From Paraphysomonas bandaiensis (taxonomy: Eukaryota > Protista > Chrysophyceae), in contig CBFFRP010000351.1 of assembly GCA_965644295.1 (NCBI GenBank), forward strand, positions 1-39,239: a stretch of DNA of 39,239 bases, read 5' to 3'. Numbering within the stretch: position 1 is the stretch's first letter; each line of letters starts with the position of its first letter. Shown piece after piece: positions 32,295-39,239 of the stretch. The notes below the pieces were generated by a model that did no database searches, was not told the origin of the DNA, and saw only the letters and a program-made list of their open reading frames with translations. The position numbers and the translations under genes were made by a program.

Positions 32295-33833
32295 TTACTG
32301 ATTGCCACTACCAAACATTGACTGTCTCAAAATAATATTTTCCCGCTGCAAGTAGGCATTCTGATCTGCCATGCGCAATGCATCTGCAAATTTTACATTT
32401 TCAACATATCTAATCGCATTCATCGCATGAAGAGAAATTGGCGGTTGAGTCATTTCGTAACTGTGACCTACAGCAGAGGGTGTCCGCTGATGAACTTCAG
32501 TAGTCTGCGTAGACAAAGAGTTATCACCCACAACAGCAGCAGGGGCAGAAGCTTTCGTTGGCTGAGTCTTACTCATCAGCAACTGCTCCAATTCAGCAGT
32601 TCGCCGTTTCTGGGCCTCCAATTCTTCTTGAATATCTGGTTTCTTTGGAAGAGTGTTTCTTGCTTGATGTTGACGCTTTGGCTCTGCTGGCTTGACAATG
32701 ATAACAGAATCATCTTCGCCACGATCTCTCTCATCATTTTCCGTTGCAGCAACTGCACTAACAGCCTTCTTCTGTATTACACAAGATATTTTATGGTCAG
32801 TTATAACAAAATTAATTCAGTTGTATATACGTACCGCAACAGCACGCTGACTTGGTTTGTTTGCTTTTTTTCTCGGTTTCTTGCCAGTGCCAGAACTGAA
32901 ATTTTCATCCGCAAATCGAACAGAGGCCTTTCGCTTTCTAAGCCTCTTCTTGCTGCTGAGATCAAATGCTGCTTTCAACCCTTCTTCTACAGGATCCCAG
33001 CCATCAAGAATCCAGTTTCCCGTCTCATCCTTGTTCGGAACATCTCCTTGTGGGTCCCATGCAAGTTTGTTCTTTGGGTCGCGGAGATAGGTTTCCAAAA
33101 TTGACTTCGCCCAGTCATGGTCGAGAGATACTTCGGGAAGGAAAGTGTACTGCTTCATTTTTGATAAACCTGTAAGCAGAAAAATTTTTCCACTTTCAGT
33201 GGGATCATACAGAACACTGTCACAGCGCCATTTGTTACATTTGGTCCGAAGATAACAGAGAACAACGTATTGTTTTCCATCAGAGTTTTTACTCACCCAA
33301 CAGCGAGAATAGTTAACATATGAACCGTCTTTGCCAAGTACAGCTGAAAGTACATAGTAATTGAACAATAAAGGGATCATCGATAGCATTTCCAAATCCA
33401 AGAAACACTTTACAGAAGAACCACCATCTGAAATGAACTTCTTGCGGCAGTATGTTTTGTTGTAACCACCAATGTTAACTGTGAAGGAGTCCTCATTGCA
33501 ATTAAACTGGTGCAGGATGCTTCCCATCTCATTACCCTCTTCGTCTTTGTTGCCTCTCTCTGGTGACAAAATACTGGAACCACTTTCTTGTGGCACAGCA
33601 CTCTCATCAACAAGCAGTTCAGAATTATCATCAACTTCGGATTCACCAAGTGCAGCAAGCATATCTAATCTAGACTTCCTGCAACAACTAACACATTGCG
33701 ACTTCAAAATGGAAACCCCTTTTTCATTTGAATTAAACGTTGCTTTACACATTGCACATGTAATAAGTTGTATTCGTTCGTCGGAGTTATCGTCATCAGA
33801 ATCAAAAGCAAAATTCGTCAACCCATCCTCCAT
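32295..33833 (-). CDS. Unknown protein (about 491 aa), 2 exons 33833-32835 and 32771-32295; N-terminal CxxC...CxxC, basic NLS-like stretch, C-terminal coiled-coil-like region
   Basis: Two minus-strand ORFs join in frame through a phase-0 63-nt intron (GTACGT...taatacAG). No family recognised. Confidence 0.72.
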
Positions 33834-34294
33834 TGTTGTTGACGATATTTATATATACTTCTCTCTTATAACAAGTCTTGGTTTAACCAAATTAAGTATA
33901 TATTTATTTTAAAATTACATCAGATAGATATGTAGTCATACTGCTGCACACATTTCAAATGCATAAAAAAGATATTTTTGCGAACACTATGCCGGTATAT
34001 AGTATAGGTATACACGTATACGCACAACACCGTATCTATTTTTGAAATGAGGGTGCGTGAGTTTCTTTTGAAAGACAGACGCATGTATGACAAGCGGATT
34101 GTTCATACATAATAATAGCAAGCAATGGCGCATGTATATTACTCTGGTTTACTCTGTTGAATAGTTATAGAACAATTGAGATTTGGGAGTGTGTTTCATT
34201 TCAAGGTTCGTTTAGTTGCTGCTAGAGTATTATATTATTATATATGTATATTATATACGATGACATGCGCTTGTGTTGCGTTGATATTGTCTGT

Positions 34295-34509
34295 CGGGGC
34301 TGAGCGGCAGCTCGCTATGACGGCAATAACTCACACACAAGAAGCTGTTTGCATCACTTACCAAACATGAATTGGAATACCTTCCGGGCTGAGCGGCGCA
34401 CTCGCTACGAAGTGACTATATATCATGATTAAGTGATTTTAATAAAGATACATACATTTCAAACAAGGAATACCTTCCGGGCTGAGCGACGGCTCGCTAC
34501 GAAGTGACT
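34295..34509 (+). repeat. Three copies of a GC-rich hairpin motif gggctgagcg-N-ctcgctaYga
   Basis: Copies at about 34297, 34386 and 34478. The last two share ggaataccttcc...cgaagtgact flanks. Confidence 0.8.
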
Positions 34510-34674
34510 GAGTGGCAGAATGTATTGTGTTTTTATACATGCATATTATATTATGTGATTGTTCATCATACAGTAAACTGTATATATTTCAGTGCTGATA
34601 TATATGATTTTATATATTTGCACACTGTCATTTTTTTGGATGATGATATTTTTTTTTGCTTCAGAATACTTCAA

Positions 34675-35691
34675 ATGAAGCCAATGCTGAAAACTCACAC
34701 TCAAGCTTGTTGCTGCCTTGTTTGTGTTATATCATGTCCTTGTGAAGGGTGTGTGATATACCGTTATTTAAACCCTGGTGTCGAATTCGAGGCCAAGAAA
34801 CTCTTTTTCAAGTGTATCAATGACTTAGCCCGTTTGAAACCAGCTGAGAAGAAGGAATTTCTCTTTGCCAAAATAGCGGGATTTCCGATGCGTGTCACTC
34901 TTACCAATAAGTACTTCATAAACTATCAATTAGGCGAAGGACCGGAGGCTGTTCATATTTGCCGTGAAGCTTTTGAAGCAGCGTACAGAATTTCTCATTG
35001 GTACACTGATTCTCTTGTCTGTCGATTGAAGTCAGGAGAGAGAAATACAGCCAAGGATTTTATTGATCGGACATCTACAAGAACACTTGGTGTAAATGAT
35101 CAAAACCTTAGCAAATTCTGTCAGCACTTTGGAATATCCCTCTCCCGTCAACAGTATGGCCGCGCAAGCCTTCCAAATTCGGTGCAATCTTTAACTTCAA
35201 GTGCATGGATGGGATACTATTTCAAACTTGTGGGTGATAACCCTCCAAATCGCTGCGAAGAATTGCACCTGGAGCCTATACCTAAGAAGGAAATTTATGA
35301 TGAATATAAACACGATATTGAGTCATACGGTGATGGTGCTATGAAACCTTTGACGATTAAGCAGTTCTTGCAAGTTTGGAGAGACTGTTTTCCGCATGTC
35401 AAAATTCGAAAGTTTAAACACTGTTGTGGGAAATGCAACCTCTGCTCGGCGTTGTCAGAATTGCGAAGAAGCTTTAATGATTCCCGTGGGAGGCAAGAAG
35501 TCACAATGCTTTTCATTTTGCATCGTCTAACTTACATGGGGGAACGCGAAGCGTACTATAGTCGGCGACAACTTGCTTTTGATCAGAAATGGAAGTACAT
35601 GTCCACAATCACTGACGGTATGCAGCAGAATAGGTGTCTTTTGCCCTGGTTTGGACACAGTAGAATGCCTTCTCAGCATAAGTTGATGTGA
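34675..35691 (+). pseudogene. DUF7869/Sola-like putative transposase, N-terminal half, truncated by an insertion at 35680
   Basis: CREAFEAAYRIS, LHLEP..KKEIYDEY, FLQVWRDCFPHVKIRK...GKCNLC, H..TYMGEREAYY.RR and STITDGMQQ..CLLP fit the CxxC-H-(D) pattern preceding the first catalytic Asp in this family (recall, not searched). True start uncertain; probable acceptor at 34664. Confidence 0.7.
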
Positions 35692-35869
35692 TGAAGAAAC
35701 CTGGAGAAGCGCTCTAAAACTGGTGAAATTTTGAAAATGTCGATTTATATTGAGTTTTTGATGCTTTTTGCAATAAATACTGCAGTAGGTGTGAAGGGAA
35801 CATGTTTTTAAAGACATTTAATAAGTTTTATATTAGTTACAGGCCAAAAATGTGAGAATGTAACGGTTA
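35680..35869. mobile_element. Terminal sequence of a second DUF7869/Sola-like element inserted into the transposase
   Basis: Homologous to 4716-4910 over about 190 bp and supplies the premature stop of the ORF. Confidence 0.7.
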
Positions 35870-36046
35870 CACTATACATGATATATGCGTACTATAGTGC
35901 TGTGTATCTATGTATAGCAAAGTTCTGATGGCTAATCAAGCGATAATCAACAGAACTTCTGGCACATTCACTAGTAATAATAGATGCAGAATCAACTGCA
36001 TCTATATCTACCCACCACTCCTTTTAGTGGGATTCTCATTATAACC

Positions 36047-37016
36047 CCACCTCGGAGTACTGTCACTATTACTGGAAGGGATATGAGGCTTGCCCTAGTG
36101 GGCTACATTCAATATTAGGTACATTACACAAACAATCATAATCTTGCGATCTGATATGTCTGATAGCACTACAGTGGATGATATTTGCAACCCTGTTAGA
36201 CAGTCCACACTGACTCTTACGTTGCAAACGACTTATAATGTTCTCCATATAGCCGTGCGACACTGCGTAGGCCTGAAAAATCCTTTCCAGCAACGAGATA
36301 CATGTCATCACCCTCCTCACCAATGACTACTCGAAATATGATAAGATAAACTTCACCAGACAAGCATTTCGAACTCTGCTGGTTGTAACAGTCGAACAAG
36401 CATCACGATTTCTATACAAGAAACAGCCTCACATGCACACGTCATCATGCAGGTGATGCACAACAAACTAACACATAGGTGTTGAGCATAGCAAACGGGT
36501 CTTTCATGATGACTACAGTAACCTACAAACCACCTCGGAGTACTGTCACTATTACTGGAAGGGATATGAGGCTTGCCCTAGTGGGCTACATTCAATATTA
36601 GGTACATTACACAAACAATCATAATCTTGCGATCTGATATGTCTGATAGCACTACAGTGGATGATATTTGCAACCCTGTTAGACAGTCCACACTGACTCT
36701 TACGTTGCAAACGACTTATAATGTTCTCCATATAGCCGTGCGACACTGCGTAGGCCTGAAAAATCCTTTCCAGCAACGAGATACATGTCATCACCCTCCT
36801 CACCAATGACTACTCGAAATATGATAAGATAAACTTCACCAGACAAGCATTTCGAACTCTGCTGGTTGTAACAGTCGAACAAGCATCACGATTTCTATAC
36901 AAGAAACAGCCTCACATGCACACGTCATCATGCAGGTGATGCAGCAACAAACTGATACATAGGTGTTGAGCATAGCAAACGGGTCTTTCATGATGACTAC
37001 AGTAACCTACAAACCA
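36047..37016. repeat. Near-perfect tandem duplication, unit about 483 bp
   Basis: ccacctcggagtactg... at 36047 and 36530; the ORF track shows identical peptides offset by 483. Confidence 0.97.
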
Positions 37017-37685
37017 TACCGAAATGATTAAAAGCATAACGAATGCATCTCCTGAAATAAGCCATCATACAACACATATACATAGCACACATATATACGA
37101 TCTATGGAGGTCTACACAGCTGCATAAGAATACGACATAGTGAATCGCCACCCAACTGTGGGCCCTGAATGTGTCAGGACAGAGAAAGTGTCTCGTGAGA
37201 GATACGTATGTAATACCATGACAGGCAACATTAATACAATATTTCCTTATACTCAATGCAGGACTTACTCTGTTAGAAGATCATGAAGACGACCAGCTGA
37301 ATAGAGTCAACAGTTCTTTCATAACTTTTGACACATACCTACAAACCATAATAAAATGATCAAAAGCATAACTAGAGCATCTCCTGAAATAAGCCATCAT
37401 GCAACATAAACATAAATATATACAACTGCACAAGTGTACGACATAGTGCATAGTGAATGCCCACCCATTATGGGTACCGAATGTGCCAGGACCAAACACA
37501 GCTTTTATATACGAGTACAACAATGGATATAGGCATCATACTAAATATATCCGCTTAATACTAAGTATAGGACTTACTCTGTCAGATCATAAATACGACC
37601 AGCTGACACACGCATATGATACAGCAATATGTCGAGCCATAAGTATTCAATAGATCCAACAGTTCATTCATCACTTTTGACACCT
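37011..37685. repeat. Diverged tandem duplication, unit about 332 bp
   Basis: aaaccata..aaatgat.aaaagcataac...gcatctcctgaaataagccatcat at 37011 and 37343; ggacttactctgt.aga recurs. Confidence 0.8.
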
Positions 37686-37744
37686 CTCAATAACGAGTCG
37701 ATGACGTATTAGAAAGGGAATCTTCGTAGTTTGCTACTGCGCTA

Positions 37745-38344
37745 ATATTGCCATACATATACGGTATGAAACTGATGCCATCACATGCACATGCTGAACC
37801 ATATGGTCATATGGAGCAGAATATGTGCCAGGGCAAAGCGTAACATACACTATTATACAGGTGAAACTTTTAATGCCATCGCTCAGCACAAGCTACATCC
37901 TGCAGTGAATCTCCGTTCAGCTGCCGGTTGCAGAGTTTGTGCAGGGGCAAAAAAATGAATCACACCACGTACAAAAATACATGCTTTTCTAGCTATATTG
38001 CCATACATATACGGTATGAAACCGATGCCATCACATGCACATGCTGAACCATATGGCCATATGGAGCAGAATATGTGCCAGGGCAACGCGTAACATACAC
38101 TATTATACAAGTGAACATTCATTGCCATCGCTCAGCACAAGCTACATCCTGCAGTGAAACCCCGTTCAGCTGCCGGTTGCAGAGTTTGTGCAGGGGCAAA
38201 AGAATGACTCACACTCTGCTAGATGCATTTCTAATTCGCTATATACAGTCATACATATACAAGTATGAACCAGATGCCATCACATGCACATGCTGAACCA
38301 TACGGAGCAGATTATGAGCCAGGGCAACGCGTAACATACACTAT
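37745..38344. repeat. Tandem repeat, unit about 250 bp, about 2.4 copies
   Basis: catacatatac.gtatgaa.c.gatgccatcacatgcacatgctgaaccata at about 37752, 38002 and 38250. Confidence 0.92.
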
Positions 38345-38634
38345 GGTGTTGTGTTAGTGTGGTAGTGTGTGATAATAATGATATGAATGATTGTGAGTGA
38401 AGTGCATTTTCAAATATGCTCTCAGATCACCCCACAGATCAAGCGCCGCATAACATATAGAAAAACACGTACAAAAAAAATTTGAATTTGACCAAAAACA
38501 CCCCACAAGAGAATCGAACACGCGTCATGAGTGTGTGGTGAGGACGCGGTGTGCATCACACTACACCGCAACCACACTGCACGAGCAGTGACTACAACAC
38601 GCACATCATGACCATAATACATATGCATAACTTA

Positions 38635-39239
38635 ACACACACACACACATACACACACACATACACACACACATACATATAGAGGGATGGATCTTCAGAG
38701 TCAGTATCTTCTGATGTTAATATGGTGACATTGTTGATGACAGTGAGGAGTGCTCAGGAGGTGTGGTTTATCGGATGAGGTGTTCATTGTTGTGTGGATC
38801 ACACCTCCTGAGCACACAGACAGACACACACATACACACACACATACATATAGAGGGATGGATCTTCTGAGTCAGTATCTTCTGATGTTAATATGGTGAC
38901 ATTGTTGATGACAGTGAGGAGTGCTCAGGAGGTGTGGTTTATCGGATGAGGTGTTCATTGTTGTGTGGATCACACCTCCTGAGCACACAGACAGACACAC
39001 ACATACACATACACATACATATAGAGGGATGGATCTTCTGAGTCAGTATCTTCTGATGTTAATATGGTGACATTGTTGATGACAGTGAGGAGTGCTCAGG
39101 AGGTGTGGTTTATCGGATGAGGTGTTCATTGTTGTGTGGATCACACCTCCTGAGCACACAGACAGACACACGCATACACATACACATACATATAGAGGGA
39201 TGGATCTTCTGAGTCAGTATCTTCTGATGTTAATATGGT
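38635..39239. repeat. 171-bp satellite array (at least 3.3 units, runs off the window end); each unit has a (CA)-rich spacer and a long hairpin
   Basis: agagggatgg at 38681, 38852, 39023 and 39194 (period 171). Inverted repeat gtgctcaggaggtgtg / cacacctcctgagcac in each full unit. Confidence 0.97.

Larger units (their letters stand above)
32115..35679 (+). mobile_element. Left part of a two-gene DUF7869/Sola-like DNA transposon
   Basis: Begins aagtcgatggtaggtaaaaacctggtcaag...accaggtga, resembling the termini at 4716 and 35680, exactly where the copia RNase H stops. Contains a divergent gene pair. Confidence 0.6.

Noticed and set aside
32427-33104. 225-aa plus-strand ORF
   Set aside because: Antisense shadow of the spliced minus-strand gene; no recognisable motifs.
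36069-36882. Duplicated 60-84 aa ORFs as a gene pair
   Set aside because: They simply mirror the 483-bp DNA duplication, and the surrounding frames are full of stops.
38635-39239. CRISPR array, hammerhead ribozyme array, box C/D snoRNA or alpha-satellite homology
   Set aside because: Units are near-identical with no unique spacers or cas genes. There is no CUGANGA...GAAA core on either strand. TGATGA and CTGA boxes exist, but the D box is buried in the stem. The 171-bp match to primate alpha satellite is length only.

Overview
Eukaryotic, transposon-rich genomic DNA with short GT-AG introns. The gene families suggest a stramenopile protist, possibly a chrysophyte (inference, not proven). A small gene island at about 10.4-20.1 kb holds a C-type lectin/polycystin-like membrane protein, an APAF1-type NB-ARC-TPR (NLR-like) protein and a head-to-head RNFT-like RING E3 ligase. 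The island sits among nested mobile elements. These are: a Ty3/Gypsy pol plus 3' LTR whose RT catalytic motif reads IFDN instead of YxDD, and a related solo LTR with an apparent 3-bp TSD; several Ty1/Copia remnants; an LTR family with AGTT...AACT ends (one young non-autonomous copy and one 298-bp deletion derivative); hAT remnants and MITEs; and a two-gene DUF7869/Sola-like DNA transposon family defined here by three shared termini. The window ends in serial tandem duplications and a 171-bp hairpin-bearing satellite. No rRNA, tRNA or CRISPR features could be supported.
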